Source: Chitinophagales bacterium (GTDB taxonomy: Bacteria > Bacteroidota > Bacteroidia > Chitinophagales > JADIYW01). Taken from it: a stretch of DNA of 64,000 bases. Location: NCBI GenBank assembly GCA_035515235.1, contig DATJBS010000061.1, forward strand, positions 19,012-83,011. Direction: 5' to 3'. Shown one piece after another: positions 26,246 through 37,388 of the stretch (its first letter is position 1; each line of letters starts with the position of its first letter). The notes under the pieces are model-generated. The model worked only from the letters and a program-made list of their open reading frames with translations, did no database searches and was not told where the DNA came from. The translations under genes and the position numbers were made by a program.

Positions 26246-27424
26246 TTAGTACATCATTTGTCTATTGCTATAAAAGATATTTCCAAATTGGGATTTCAAT
26301 TGCTCAGTAGCTAATAAAATCATATCGGCATCAGAAGGGAAAGGTGCAGGTCCATTTTTAATTTTATTCAATGACTCACTGCTTAATGCTTTTACATTTC
26401 CATTGTAGGTAGCATACTGATAATTAAAGACAGATTCACCCTGTGCTACTTCTTGTTTAATTACTCTTCTGCTTTTATAATCATAGAAATCTACTGTACC
26501 TCTAATAGTGGCAGAGCGATTCATTTGAGTTTCAATTATTTTTGCAGAAAGAGTAGAGTATTTAGGCACTTTAATATCATTGCCCGCAGAATCTTTGGTG
26601 ACATTGCCATTTTTATCATAAACATATTTCCAACCATCTTCTATTTCTTTCTCATCTCTATAAGAGTTCTCTTTGATTATACCTGGAGAGACATAAGATT
26701 GGGTGATGATTAACTTTACAGCAAAGTCAAAATCTTTCCTTTCATCAGAGTTGGTATATAATGCCATCCAATTATTAAGAGAGCGACTATAATCGTAATT
26801 CAACAATTCGTATTCAAAATCTTGAGGAAGATAAAGCTGTGGGTTTTTCTCTACACTCATTAATATATGAGTAGTACCCTTATCTCTTGCGATATCCAAA
26901 AGTTGAACAGCGTCTTTATAATCTTTATAATAATAGAAAATACAATCCAACTCATTATAAGCTAAACGAGCATTGGCGCGCGAAGAGGTATTCAGCAATC
27001 TGACAGCTTCTTTATAATGTAGTTCTGCAATATTTTCTCTAGCTTCTTCTCTTACAGAATTATAATCAAACTGAGTCGGAGTATAAATTTTACCACTACT
27101 ATAATATATAGGTGCAACTTTTAGTACAGCATCTTGTCTGTACATCATATTGGTGTAAGTATTAAAAACCTCTGTCCAAGAACTCACAGTGTTTTTTTGC
27201 TTGAGTAGAGCAATTCGACTTTTGTCATTCTCTATCGCTCTCTCATATGCTAATTCCAAAAACTGAAGTTCTTCATCAGTAACTTTCTTGTTTTTGCTGA
27301 TTCTATCTATTACTGTATTAATAGTAGTCTTGTAGTCTTTCTTTTCAAAGCTCTTTTGGACACTTGTACAAGAGGAGAGAAGAAGTAGAAAAGCACTTAT
27401 AATAAGGAGGTATAAATTTCGCAT
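26246..27424 (-). CDS. Hypothetical lipoprotein
   Basis: Lipobox LLLLSSC after a signal peptide; 392 aa; N-terminal half looks helical/TPR-like and the C-terminal half beta-rich. No family recognised. Confidence 0.6.
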   Translation of the reverse strand: MRNLYLLIISAFLLLLSSCTSVQKSFEKKDYKTTINTVIDRISKNKKVTDEELQFLELAYERAIENDKSRIALLKQKNTVSSWTEVFNTYTNMMYRQDAVLKVAPIYYSSGKIYTPTQFDYNSVREEARENIAELHYKEAVRLLNTSSRANARLAYNELDCIFYYYKDYKDAVQLLDIARDKGTTHILMSVEKNPQLYLPQDFEYELLNYDYSRSLNNWMALYTNSDERKDFDFAVKLIITQSYVSPGIIKENSYRDEKEIEDGWKYVYDKNGNVTKDSAGNDIKVPKYSTLSAKIIETQMNRSATIRGTVDFYDYKSRRVIKQEVAQGESVFNYQYATYNGNVKALSSESLNKIKNGPAPFPSDADMILLATEQLKSQFGNIFYSNRQMMY

Positions 27425-27814
27425 GAGATTGATTTATGTATCTAAGATAAAAATTGTACCAAAGATGAGGAAAATTAAAAATAATAGTGAAGTCTTGATA
27501 TTTCTATAAGGTATTAGGGGTTACAAGATAGAGATGTTTCCAGCTTGTTATATTTTATGAAGTTTGCAAAATCGATTTTTAATTATCAGAGAAATGTCAA
27601 AAAAATGTGAAAAGATTTAGATATGTCATGTGAAAGTAAAATTAAAAGATAGACCTACATGTAAAATTTTCTATAATTCCAACTGTTAAAGGAATATTAA
27701 ATCTTAATGTTGATATGTATAACGTGTTGATTATCATGTATCGTTTGCCTTAATTAGATTGATTCTAAATTTACATTTTTTCACGTTTTTCCTCTTTTTT
27801 AGCAAATGAGAATG

Positions 27815-27822
27815 TATTTTTG
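27815..27822 (+). promoter_or_regulatory. Putative -7 box (tatttttg = TAnnTTTG) for the ACIII/oxidase operon
   Basis: Exact TAnnTTTG match 21 nt upstream of the ATG at 27844. It sits at the end of a 419-bp AT-rich spacer. No canonical -33 TTG at 19-nt spacing. Confidence 0.35.
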
Positions 27823-27843
27823 CAGAGTAAAAGTAAAATTGCG

Positions 27844-29133
27844 ATGTCTAACTGCAGAAACGGTTTTAAAATCTTCCTCCTATTAATTGCGTTCGCAACT
27901 ATCTTACCTTTTAAGGCTCAGGCTTATAATTTATCTGTAACGTTTGACGATTTGTCAGATGCAGATATAGCAGCAAGAGTTGAAGAGGGTAAAAAGTTGT
28001 TTAAAGCAAATTGTGCGGCCTGTCACAAAGTTGATGGAAAATTAACTGGACCAGCCATGGCTGATGTCTGGACACATTGGGATTCCCAAGCGAAACTCAT
28101 TAAGTGGGTTCAAAACTCCCAAGAATTAGTAAAATCAGGTGATCCTTACGCTGTTAAAATATTCAATGAATATAACAAGCAAGTAATGTCAGCATTTACT
28201 CAATTAAGCGATGACCAAGTCATTAGTATTATTGAGTATTATGTACAGGCAGAACAAAAAGGATTAGGGAAAGCTAAAGAAGCAGTTGCTGCTGGCGGTG
28301 GTGCCGAGTCTTCTGGTCCTTCTTCAGGTCCCAACAAATGGATATTGTTTACAGTAATAGGTGCTTTAGCATTAATAGCTATCTCACTTTTTGCTATCAC
28401 TTCTAAATTAGATGGACTTGTTCATCAAGGAGCTGACGGCGAGCCTGTAAAGCAAGAGTCCTTATTTTCTAAATTCCAAACTAAGAAGCTTGTCAGCATC
28501 TTAATCATCGTCGGAGTTGTATTCTTAGGATACAATATTGTGAAAGGAGCGATAGATTTAGGTAGAAGCCAAGGATATCAACCTGAGCAACCTATTAAAT
28601 TCTCTCACGCACTACATGCTGGTCAAAATAAAATTGACTGTCAGTATTGCCACACTGGTGCTGATAAAAGTAGACACTCTGTAATACCATCTATGGCTGT
28701 TTGTATGAACTGTCATAAATATGTACAAGAGGGTCCTAAGTACGGTGAAACTGAGATTGCTAAAATCTACGAATACAGTGGATGGGATCCAGTATCTAGT
28801 TCTTTCAAAAATGCGCCTAAGCCAATTGAATGGGTTAAAATTCACAACCTACCTGATCACGTATACTTCAATCACTCTCAACACGTAAAAGTGGGTGGTA
28901 TTGAATGTCAAACATGTCATGGTAATGTGCAAGAAATGGAAGTGGTGCAACAATTTGCTCCATTATCTATGGGATGGTGTATCAATTGTCACCGTCAAAC
29001 GGATGTACAATTTGCAAACAACGATTATTATTCAATATTCGAAAGATACCACGATGAAATCAAAAAAGGCGAACGTGCTAATGTTACGGTTGCTGATATC
29101 GGTGGTACTGAGTGTGCAAAATGTCATTATTAA
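27844..29133 (+). CDS. actA: ACIII subunit ActA: multihaem cytochrome c (N-terminal monohaem class-I domain plus pentahaem cytochrome c3-like domain)
   Basis: Six CxxCH motifs (CAACH, CQYCH, CMNCH, CQTCH, CINCH, CAKCH). Signal peptide and two central TM helices. First gene of the act cluster. ATG at 27844 is preferred over TTG at 27820. Confidence 0.85.
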   Translation: MSNCRNGFKIFLLLIAFATILPFKAQAYNLSVTFDDLSDADIAARVEEGKKLFKANCAACHKVDGKLTGPAMADVWTHWDSQAKLIKWVQNSQELVKSGDPYAVKIFNEYNKQVMSAFTQLSDDQVISIIEYYVQAEQKGLGKAKEAVAAGGGAESSGPSSGPNKWILFTVIGALALIAISLFAITSKLDGLVHQGADGEPVKQESLFSKFQTKKLVSILIIVGVVFLGYNIVKGAIDLGRSQGYQPEQPIKFSHALHAGQNKIDCQYCHTGADKSRHSVIPSMAVCMNCHKYVQEGPKYGETEIAKIYEYSGWDPVSSSFKNAPKPIEWVKIHNLPDHVYFNHSQHVKVGGIECQTCHGNVQEMEVVQQFAPLSMGWCINCHRQTDVQFANNDYYSIFERYHDEIKKGERANVTVADIGGTECAKCHY

Positions 29134-29172
29134 TTCATCTAATTGTATAGATACTCAAAACCTTAACATATA

Positions 29173-32100
29173 ATGAGTAATAATAAATATTGGCAAAGCT
29201 TAGAACAAAGAGATGAAACTCCTGAGTTCAAAGAACAAGCAGCTAAAGAATTTCAAGACGAAATGCCTGTATTCGATTATGTAGATGATACTACAAAAGT
29301 TGAAAGCACAGGTAGAAGAGATTTCTTAAAAATGATGGGTTTCAGTATATCTGCTGCAGCAATTGCATCATCTTGTAAGATTCCTGTCAAAAAAGCAATT
29401 CCTTACGTATTCAATCTAGATCAAAGTAGTAGAATACCTGAATTAGTTCCAGGTATTGCTGATTACTTTGCTACTTCATATGCTGAAGGTGGTGACTTTT
29501 CTTCCATCTTAGTGAAAACTAGAGAAAATAGACCTATTAAAATTGAAGGCAATACTGCTGCTCCTTTCGTAAAAGGTGGAACAACTGCTAGAGCTCAAGC
29601 TTCAGTTTTAAGTTTATATGATGTCGCTAGATTAACTCAGCCGAAGAAAAAAGGGGAATCTATCACTTGGGAACAAGCAGATTCTGAAATAGCTAAGAAA
29701 TTAACTAAAATTTCTGCTGAAGGTGGTAAAATAGTAATCATCTCTAATACGAACTATTCTCTAGCTACACAAAAAGCATTAGCTACTTTCAAAGCGAAAT
29801 ACCCAACTACTCAAGTTGTAACGTATGACCCTGTATCACTGTATGCTATTCGTAAAGCCAATCAAATTACTTTAGGAGAATCAATTATCCCTACTTACTT
29901 ATTTGATAAAGCAAAAGTAATAGCGGGCTTCAATTGTGACTTCTTAGGTGGTTTTGTAAATGCTACAGAAAACGCTAAAAGATATTCTGCAAACAGAGTA
30001 CCTACAAAAGAAAACCCAAATATGTCTCGTCACTACCACTTCCAATCGTATGTATCGATTACAAGTGCAAGTGCAGATTATAAACATTCTATCAAACCGT
30101 CACAAGAGAAAGCGGTATTGATGGCATTGTACAATAAAATAGCTGCATCTACTGGTGCTTCATCTTTAGCAAACGTAACTATCAGTGATTTACAAGAAAG
30201 TGTAAATAAATTAGCTGCTGAGTTATTAGCAAACAGAGGTGAATCAATAGTGATTTCAGGTACAAATAATGTAGATATTCAATTACTGACAAATGCTATC
30301 AACGCAATGTTAGGTAACTACGGTTCTACAATTGATACAGCAGCAGCTTTAAACTTGAAGCAAGGAAATGATGAAGCACTTAAAGCTTTGTCTGACGATA
30401 CTTCTGTAAAAGCAGTTTTATTATTGAATTCAAATCCTGTTTACGATTCAGTATTTGCAGATAAAATCAAAAATATCATCACTAAAGCAGAATTATCTGT
30501 TTCTTTTGCTGATAGATTAGACGAGTCAGCTGAATTAGTACAATATATTACTCCTGATAATCACTACTTAGAATCTTGGGATGTTTTAGAGCCTAAGAAA
30601 GGATATATTTCTTTCGTTCAACCTACTATCAATCAATTGTTTGATACTAGACAAGCATTTGTTTCGCTTTCTGAGTTTGCTGGAGCAACTACTACTGCAT
30701 ATGATTTAATCAAAAGTGCAGGAGAAGGTTTTACAACTGGTTTTATAGCTTCTTTAGGTAATACATCTTGGGAGTCTGCATTACAAACAGGTTTTATCAA
30801 TAACGTAAGTGAGTCTGCAAGTGGATCAGCTAATCTTTCTGCAACGGTCTCTGCAATCAATACCAAACTTCCTACATCTAATGGAATAGAAGTAATTTTC
30901 TATGAATCAGTAGCTCTAGCGGATGGTAAAGAAGCAAATAACCCATTCTTGCAAGAAATGCCTGACCCAATTACTAGAACTTCTTGGGATAACTTTATCG
31001 CATTGCCTTATACTTTTGCTATTAACAATGGTATAAAAGCAATGTCACAAGATTCTACAGTTAAAACTGCAAAAATCACTTTAGCTAATAAAGAAGTCGT
31101 TTTACCAGTAATAATTTCTTACGGTCAAGCTCAAGATACAGTTGCTATAGCTTTAGGTTATGGTAGAAGTCAAGGTGTTGGACCTGCTGCTTTTGGTAGT
31201 GGTCAAAACGTTTATCCTTTCTTGACTTATGATAATGGTACAGTTTCTTACTCTGCAGGCAGTGCTGCTTATGAGACCTTAAAAGGAACTCATAAAATGG
31301 GGATGTCTCAAAGATATCACACCTTACAAGAAGACAATAACCTTTACAACAGACCTCGTAGATTTAGAAATAACATCGTTAAAGAAGCAAATCTAGAGCA
31401 GTTCCGTAAAGATGATACTGCAGGAAATGAGGATAGAGCAAAAATCAAAGATCATTTAACTACTCTATATAAAGGTTATGACTCACCAGGTCACCACTGG
31501 AGTATGGCTGTAGACTTAAACTCTTGTATTGGTTGTGCTGCTTGTGTAATTTCTTGTAATATAGAGAATAACGTTCCGGTCATTGGTAGAGAAGAGATGT
31601 CAAACACTCGTTCTATGCACTGGCTGAGAATTGATAGATATTATAGTGGCGATCCGGATAATCCAGATGTTGCATTCCAACCGTTGATGTGTCAGCATTG
31701 TGATAATGCTCCATGTGAGAACGTTTGTCCAGTAAACGCAACTAACCATAGTTCAGAAGGATTGAACCAAATGGCTTATAACAGATGTATTGGTACTAAA
31801 TATTGTGCAAATAACTGTCCGTTTAAAGTTCGTAAATTCAACTGGTACGATTATCAAGGTAATGACTCTTTTGGTGGATGGAATGACCCAACTGATGCTA
31901 GTTACATGTATGATAATTTAACTAGAATGGTATTAAATCCTGATGTTACAGTAAGATCAAGAGGAGTTATCGAAAAATGTAGCTTCTGTGTTCAAAGAAT
32001 TCAAGCTTCTAAATTAACTGCTAAAACTGAAGGTAGACCATTAAAAGACGGCGATGTAAAAACTGCTTGTCAAACTGCTTGTCCTACAAATAGTATTTCA

Positions 32101-32280
32101 TTTGGAGACAGAAATGATAAAAACAGTGAGATTCACCGTATTTTCTTCGATAATGGTAGAAACTATCATTTATATGAAGAGCAACACTTTATGACAAACG
32201 TTGGTTACCAAGTTAAAATACGTAACACTGACGAAGAACCGGAATTTACATTTGTTGGTGCAAAAGAAGATAAAGCTTAA
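29173..32280 (+). CDS. actB: ACIII subunit ActB: Tat-translocated molybdopterin-oxidoreductase-like plus 4Fe-4S ferredoxin fusion
   Basis: Twin-arginine signal GRRDFLKMMGFS. Large MopB-like N-terminal domain. C-terminal Cys clusters (CIGCAACVISC, CQHCDNAPCENVCP, CIGTKYCANNCP, CSFCVQR...CQTACP). Confidence 0.9.
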   Translation: MSNNKYWQSLEQRDETPEFKEQAAKEFQDEMPVFDYVDDTTKVESTGRRDFLKMMGFSISAAAIASSCKIPVKKAIPYVFNLDQSSRIPELVPGIADYFATSYAEGGDFSSILVKTRENRPIKIEGNTAAPFVKGGTTARAQASVLSLYDVARLTQPKKKGESITWEQADSEIAKKLTKISAEGGKIVIISNTNYSLATQKALATFKAKYPTTQVVTYDPVSLYAIRKANQITLGESIIPTYLFDKAKVIAGFNCDFLGGFVNATENAKRYSANRVPTKENPNMSRHYHFQSYVSITSASADYKHSIKPSQEKAVLMALYNKIAASTGASSLANVTISDLQESVNKLAAELLANRGESIVISGTNNVDIQLLTNAINAMLGNYGSTIDTAAALNLKQGNDEALKALSDDTSVKAVLLLNSNPVYDSVFADKIKNIITKAELSVSFADRLDESAELVQYITPDNHYLESWDVLEPKKGYISFVQPTINQLFDTRQAFVSLSEFAGATTTAYDLIKSAGEGFTTGFIASLGNTSWESALQTGFINNVSESASGSANLSATVSAINTKLPTSNGIEVIFYESVALADGKEANNPFLQEMPDPITRTSWDNFIALPYTFAINNGIKAMSQDSTVKTAKITLANKEVVLPVIISYGQAQDTVAIALGYGRSQGVGPAAFGSGQNVYPFLTYDNGTVSYSAGSAAYETLKGTHKMGMSQRYHTLQEDNNLYNRPRRFRNNIVKEANLEQFRKDDTAGNEDRAKIKDHLTTLYKGYDSPGHHWSMAVDLNSCIGCAACVISCNIENNVPVIGREEMSNTRSMHWLRIDRYYSGDPDNPDVAFQPLMCQHCDNAPCENVCPVNATNHSSEGLNQMAYNRCIGTKYCANNCPFKVRKFNWYDYQGNDSFGGWNDPTDASYMYDNLTRMVLNPDVTVRSRGVIEKCSFCVQRIQASKLTAKTEGRPLKDGDVKTACQTACPTNSISFGDRNDKNSEIHRIFFDNGRNYHLYEEQHFMTNVGYQVKIRNTDEEPEFTFVGAKEDKA

Positions 32281-32283
32281 TAC

Positions 32284-33726
32284 ATGGGACATTTTGAATC
32301 ACCGTTACGCGAGCCGTTAGTAAACGGTAATAAAACATACAAACAAATTACAGACGATATCGTCGCTGGTACTACTGGTCCTGTTGGACTTCTTTGGCTA
32401 CTTGCCACTGGTGTATCTGGACTTGTTGCTCTCTTTGGAGTTTTCTGTTTGGTTTGGACAATTTGTTATGGAATTGGAACTTGGGGTGTAAACTCTACTG
32501 TAGGTTGGGCTTGGGATATCACTAACTTCGTTTGGTGGGTAGGTATCGGTCACGCTGGTACTTTGATTTCAGCTATCTTATTACTTTTCCGTCAGAAGTG
32601 GCGTACAGGAGTAAACCGTGCAGCTGAGGCGATGACAATTTTTGCAGTAATTTGTGCAGGACTTTTCGTGATGTTGCATACAGGTAGACCATGGGACGTG
32701 TTCTTTATCTTACCTTACCCAAATACAAGAGGTCCATTATGGACAAACTTTAACTCTCCATTGTTATGGGACGTATTTGCGATTTCTACTTACTTAACAG
32801 TATCATTATTATTCTGGTATACTGGTTTAGTTCCTGACTTTGCTACTATCCGTGATAGAGCTAAATTAGGTTCAATCAGATGGAAGATGTATAACTTTAT
32901 GTGTTTTGGATGGGTAGGTTCAGCAAAACATTGGGAAAGATGGGAGTCTTTATCTTTAATTCTTGCAGGTTTAGCTACTCCTTTAGTATTATCAGTACAT
33001 ACGATTGTATCTTTTGACTTTGCTACTTCAATTGTTGCAGGTTGGCATACTACAATTCTACCTCCATATTTCGTTGCTGGTGCTATTTTCTCCGGATTTG
33101 CCATGGTGCAAACCTTGATGATTGTTGCACGTAAAGTGATGAAGCTTGAAGATTACATTACGATCACCCACATGGAGTCGATGAATAAAGTAATTCTTCT
33201 TACTGGTACTATGGTGGGTACGGCATACCTTACAGAGTTATTTGTTGCTTGGTATTCTGGATCTATGATAGAACAATATGCATTTGCTAATAGAGCATTC
33301 GGACCTTACTGGTGGGCATATTGGATCATGATGAGCTGTAACTTAATTTTTCCTCAGTTCTTCTGGGTTAAAAAATTAAGAAGAAGTATATACTTTACAT
33401 TCTTTGCTTCTATTATCGTGAATATCGGTATGTGGTTTGAAAGATTCGTAATTATTGTAACTTCATTACATAGAGATTACTTACCATCTAGCTGGACTTC
33501 ATATTCTCCTACTTGGGTAGAAATTGGAATCTACGTAGGTACAATGGGTATCTTTATGACATTGTTCTTGTTGTTTAGTAGATTCTTCCCTGTAGTGGCA
33601 ATAGCTGAGATTAAATCTATCTTGAAAGTTTCTGGTAACCAATACCGAAGAGACCAAATGGAAGAAGTAAAAGAAGAGCCTGCATATCAAGATGCTGATT
33701 CTAGATTAACTTATAAAATTGATTAA
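32284..33726 (+). CDS. actC: ACIII subunit ActC: NrfD/PsrC-family quinol-interacting membrane subunit
   Basis: Polytopic (~10 TM) NrfD-like protein directly after actB. Confidence 0.85.
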   Translation: MGHFESPLREPLVNGNKTYKQITDDIVAGTTGPVGLLWLLATGVSGLVALFGVFCLVWTICYGIGTWGVNSTVGWAWDITNFVWWVGIGHAGTLISAILLLFRQKWRTGVNRAAEAMTIFAVICAGLFVMLHTGRPWDVFFILPYPNTRGPLWTNFNSPLLWDVFAISTYLTVSLLFWYTGLVPDFATIRDRAKLGSIRWKMYNFMCFGWVGSAKHWERWESLSLILAGLATPLVLSVHTIVSFDFATSIVAGWHTTILPPYFVAGAIFSGFAMVQTLMIVARKVMKLEDYITITHMESMNKVILLTGTMVGTAYLTELFVAWYSGSMIEQYAFANRAFGPYWWAYWIMMSCNLIFPQFFWVKKLRRSIYFTFFASIIVNIGMWFERFVIIVTSLHRDYLPSSWTSYSPTWVEIGIYVGTMGIFMTLFLLFSRFFPVVAIAEIKSILKVSGNQYRRDQMEEVKEEPAYQDADSRLTYKID

Positions 33727-33738
33727 TAACCTACGATA

Positions 33739-34263
33739 ATGAGTACAACAAAGAAATACTTAGTAGGGATGTTTGACGACGATCATACGCTCTTACATGC
33801 TGTAGATGGTGCTGTGAAGGCAGGTCACAAAATTGACGATGTATTCACACCTTTTCCAGTACATGGCTTAGAACACAAAATGGGTCTACGTCCCACAAAA
33901 ATACATACCGCAGGTTTTGTATTTGGATTGACTGGATTAGTAATAGCTTTTAGTTTAATGGCGTTTGCTAGTGCAATAAACTATCCTAATAATTTTGGAG
34001 GTAAACCACTTTTTGCTTTACCAGCTTGGATTCCTATCATGTTCGAGATTACAGTTTTATCTGCAAGTACGGGTATGGTGAGCGTGTTTTATTATTTGTG
34101 TAATTTATACCCAGGTAAACAACCAAAAATTATTGATGCTAGATTAACTGATGATATGTTTGCTATCACTTTTGACATAACAAAAGACTCATCATTAGCT
34201 GCGGGTTTTACAGATTTCCTTAGACACGAAGGAGCTGTAGAAGTATTTGAAAAAGAAATTTAA
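33739..34263 (+). CDS. actD: ACIII subunit ActD (DUF3341)
   Basis: 174 aa. N-terminal soluble part (YLVGMFDDDHTLLHAVDG), two TM helices, and conserved position between actC and actE. Confidence 0.8.
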   Translation: MSTTKKYLVGMFDDDHTLLHAVDGAVKAGHKIDDVFTPFPVHGLEHKMGLRPTKIHTAGFVFGLTGLVIAFSLMAFASAINYPNNFGGKPLFALPAWIPIMFEITVLSASTGMVSVFYYLCNLYPGKQPKIIDARLTDDMFAITFDITKDSSLAAGFTDFLRHEGAVEVFEKEI

Positions 34264-34286
34264 TTAGATTGATAAAGATTGCAGAA

Positions 34287-34877
34287 ATGATTCGCACTCA
34301 AACCATATTATCCATTATTGTATCAAGTGCACTTCTTGTAGGTTGTGCGGCGGAAGGTAATTTTCCGGGACGCGAGTATGCTCCTGAAATGATTCACTCT
34401 GTTGCTTATGATGCTCAAAGTGAAAATCCAATATACAAGAATGGTCGTACTAATCAGTTACCTGTAGAAGGTGCTATGGCTGTAGGAAAATATACCTACC
34501 CACTTCCTAATACACCTGAAGCTTATGAAATGGCTTCTACACAAATTACCAATCCATTTGAATTCAGTGAAGATGAGATCAGTACACACGGACAAATGTT
34601 ATTTGTTAGATATTGTGCTGTTTGTCATGGTGAAGCTGGCGATGGTCAAGGTCATTTAGTACAAATTGATAAGTTTCCTGCACCTCCATCGTTCTATACT
34701 CCTGATTTGATAGGCAAGTCACAAGGACAAAGATACCACACTGTGATGTATGGTAAAGGAATGATGGGTTCTTATGCTACTCAATTAGATCATCAAGAAA
34801 GATGGTTAGTATTAGAGTATATCAAAGGACTTCAAACTGAATTTCTGGCAAATGAAGCAAGTGCTAGTGCTCAATAA
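34287..34877 (+). CDS. actE: ACIII subunit ActE: monohaem cytochrome c lipoprotein
   Basis: Lipobox LLVGC, a single CAVCH haem motif and a distal Met region (MYGKGMMGSY). ATG at 34287 is preferred over TTG at 34269. Confidence 0.85.
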   Translation: MIRTQTILSIIVSSALLVGCAAEGNFPGREYAPEMIHSVAYDAQSENPIYKNGRTNQLPVEGAMAVGKYTYPLPNTPEAYEMASTQITNPFEFSEDEISTHGQMLFVRYCAVCHGEAGDGQGHLVQIDKFPAPPSFYTPDLIGKSQGQRYHTVMYGKGMMGSYATQLDHQERWLVLEYIKGLQTEFLANEASASAQ

Positions 34878-34904
34878 TCACTAAACCTTTAAGACTAAAA
34901 GAAG

Positions 34905-36305
34905 ATGAATACATATATATTTGCTCCTGAAGCCAAAAGTTTTCTCATCAAGGGATTTATCATTGGCATAGTAATATTCATAATTGGTATTGCTATAAAA
35001 TGGAATGTTGGAACAGAAACTCCATCACATGATAAGGATCACGCTCAAGTGGCGACTACTACTCAAACATTACTTGCTCAAGCAGAAACTGGAGATACTG
35101 AATCTCTTGCTTCTACACCTGAAGTGATCAGTGAGGCTCCAGCTGAAGTAACAGCTGACCATGCTGTAGCTCATGCTGATGAAGATCTTTCTGCTCACGC
35201 ATCTCACGAACCTACTCTTAGGACTCATATTATTGCAAATATTTACACGATTGTAATGTTTGCATTTTGGATTGGTGTTGCAGCATTGTTTTTCTTATCA
35301 GCAACTACTTTAGCATTAGGTGGATGGCATATTCAAATACAAAAAGTGATTTTATCTGTTGCAGGTACTTTACCTTTTTCTATTATAATGATGTCGATTT
35401 TCTTCATATTCTTCCATCATGACTTGTTCCATTGGACACATGATTTATATGACCCAACTAATCCTGAAACTTATGATGCTATTTTGGATGGTAAACGCGA
35501 CTACTTAAACCTTACTCGTTTTGGAATATTTGCAGTAGTTCTTTTCGGTATGACAATAGGTATGAATTACTTTTGGAATAAGAATTTGAAAGCAATGGAT
35601 GAGAATCCTTCTGTCAAATTGTTTGATCAAAGTAGAGCTATATCTGCTGTAAGTATTGTAATTATTGCAATGTTTGTAAATACTTTTGGAAGCTGGGACT
35701 GGGCGATGTCAATTCAACCGCATTGGTACAGTACTATGTTCTCTTGGTATTTATTAGCATCAGCTGCTGTAACAATGTTCGCTATAGTATACCTTATGAT
35801 TATATTCTTAAAGGTGAAGAATTACTTACCTAATGTAAATGCAAATCATAAGCACGATATTGGTAAATACATTTTTGCAATCACTGTGTTCTGGACTTAT
35901 GTTTGGTTCTCTCAGTACATGTTGATGTGGTATGCTAATATTCCTGAAGAAACATTATACTTTACTATTAGAATTAATGGTTATCCTGTAATGTGGTACG
36001 CAGTTCTTGTTATCAACTTCATCATACCATTCTTAGTATTACTTTCTAGAAATTCAAAAAGAGTTTCAGGTCCAGTAATAGCGATGTCAATACTACTTAT
36101 TGTTGGTCACTGGATGGACTTCTTCAGTATGGTGGTTCCTGAATTGATTCCTAATGGTGGTGGTTTTAATTTAATAAGCCTTGGAGCATTCGTTGCAATT
36201 TCAAGTGTTTTTGGATACATATCTTTAAGTACTCTTTCTAAATACAAGGATTTAGCTTCTACTACTCACCCTTATTATCAAGAAAGTTTCCGTCACAACA
36301 TTTAA
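34905..36305 (+). CDS. actF: ACIII subunit ActF: second NrfD-like membrane subunit
   Basis: Polytopic membrane protein with an Ala/Thr/Glu/His-rich linker after the first TM. Last gene of the act block. Confidence 0.8.
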   Translation: MNTYIFAPEAKSFLIKGFIIGIVIFIIGIAIKWNVGTETPSHDKDHAQVATTTQTLLAQAETGDTESLASTPEVISEAPAEVTADHAVAHADEDLSAHASHEPTLRTHIIANIYTIVMFAFWIGVAALFFLSATTLALGGWHIQIQKVILSVAGTLPFSIIMMSIFFIFFHHDLFHWTHDLYDPTNPETYDAILDGKRDYLNLTRFGIFAVVLFGMTIGMNYFWNKNLKAMDENPSVKLFDQSRAISAVSIVIIAMFVNTFGSWDWAMSIQPHWYSTMFSWYLLASAAVTMFAIVYLMIIFLKVKNYLPNVNANHKHDIGKYIFAITVFWTYVWFSQYMLMWYANIPEETLYFTIRINGYPVMWYAVLVINFIIPFLVLLSRNSKRVSGPVIAMSILLIVGHWMDFFSMVVPELIPNGGGFNLISLGAFVAISSVFGYISLSTLSKYKDLASTTHPYYQESFRHNI

Positions 36306-36329
36306 TAGAAAAAATAAAAAGCAATAGAG

Positions 36330-37355
36330 ATGCAATTATTACTCATAACGCTAGCTTTAGTTCTTGTATTTATAGTCATATTACAAGTAGGGAAAGCTGT
36401 AGAGCTCATATCTGTTATCAAAGAAGAGGATGACTATAGAGAAGAGTCTTCTCAAACCGTAGGTATATGGTTTACAATAACAGGTATTTTTCTTTTTCTT
36501 TTCGTAGCTATCACAAGCTATACAGAGTATGGTAAGTTCCTACCTACTCCGGCATCAGAACAAGGAGAGTGGATTCATAGTACATTAATGCTTACCCTTT
36601 ATGTAACTGGTATTGTTTTCTTAGTCACTAACTTCGCTTTGTTCTTCTTTGCTTGGAAATACAGATATAAAAAAGACAGAAAAGCTTATTTTTATCCTGA
36701 TAACAACAAATTAGAATTATTGTGGACAGTAGTTCCTGCTTTAGTATTAACTATATTAGTAGGTATGGGTATCGACAAATGGTTTAAAATCTTTGCTGAT
36801 GCACCTTCTGAAGCTATCGTAGTTGAAGCAACAGCTAAACAATTTGGGTGGTATTTAAGATACTCAGGTGATGACAACGAATTAGGAGTTAGAGATTTTA
36901 CTTTAGTAAATGCTAACAACGAATTAGGAGTAAATTGGAATGATCCTGCAAGTCACGATGATTTCTTATCTGACGAATTAGTACTTCCTGTCAATACTCC
37001 TGTATTAGTTAAAATTGGTGCTTTAGATGTTATCCATAACTTCTATCTTCCTGAGTTTAGAATTATGATGGATGCTGTACCAGGCTTACCAACTAGATTC
37101 TGGTTCAGACCTACTATTACTACTGAAAAAATGCGTGAAATTAAAAACGATCCTGAGTTTGATTATGAGTTAGCTTGTAACCAACTTTGTGGAACGGGTC
37201 ACTGGAATATGAAACGTACAGTAAAAGTTGTAACTCCAGAAGAGTATAAGCAATGGCATTCAGAACAAAAATCTTTTTACGAACAAAACATACTTGCTAA
37301 AACTGAAGAACCTGCTGCTGTTGTAGTAGAAGAAACAGAAACGACTCAAGAATAA
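36330..37355 (+). CDS. Cytochrome c oxidase subunit II (CuA; no fused cytochrome c domain)
   Basis: TM helices, then a cupredoxin domain with H...CNQLCGTGHWNM (CuA ligand pattern CxxxCGxxHxxM). No CxxCH anywhere in the protein. Confidence 0.9.
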   Translation: MQLLLITLALVLVFIVILQVGKAVELISVIKEEDDYREESSQTVGIWFTITGIFLFLFVAITSYTEYGKFLPTPASEQGEWIHSTLMLTLYVTGIVFLVTNFALFFFAWKYRYKKDRKAYFYPDNNKLELLWTVVPALVLTILVGMGIDKWFKIFADAPSEAIVVEATAKQFGWYLRYSGDDNELGVRDFTLVNANNELGVNWNDPASHDDFLSDELVLPVNTPVLVKIGALDVIHNFYLPEFRIMMDAVPGLPTRFWFRPTITTEKMREIKNDPEFDYELACNQLCGTGHWNMKRTVKVVTPEEYKQWHSEQKSFYEQNILAKTEEPAAVVVEETETTQE

Positions 37356-37388
37356 TTTTGTACTAAAGTTCTAAATTTAAAATAGAAA

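Noticed and set aside
27724-27740. An FNR/CRP-like half site (ttgattatcatgta) and repeated catgt words in the ACIII upstream region as an oxygen-responsive operator.
   Set aside because: Only one half of the TTGAT-N4-ATCAA consensus is present. In AT-rich DNA such partial matches are expected by chance, and I have no knowledge of the cognate regulator motif in this lineage.
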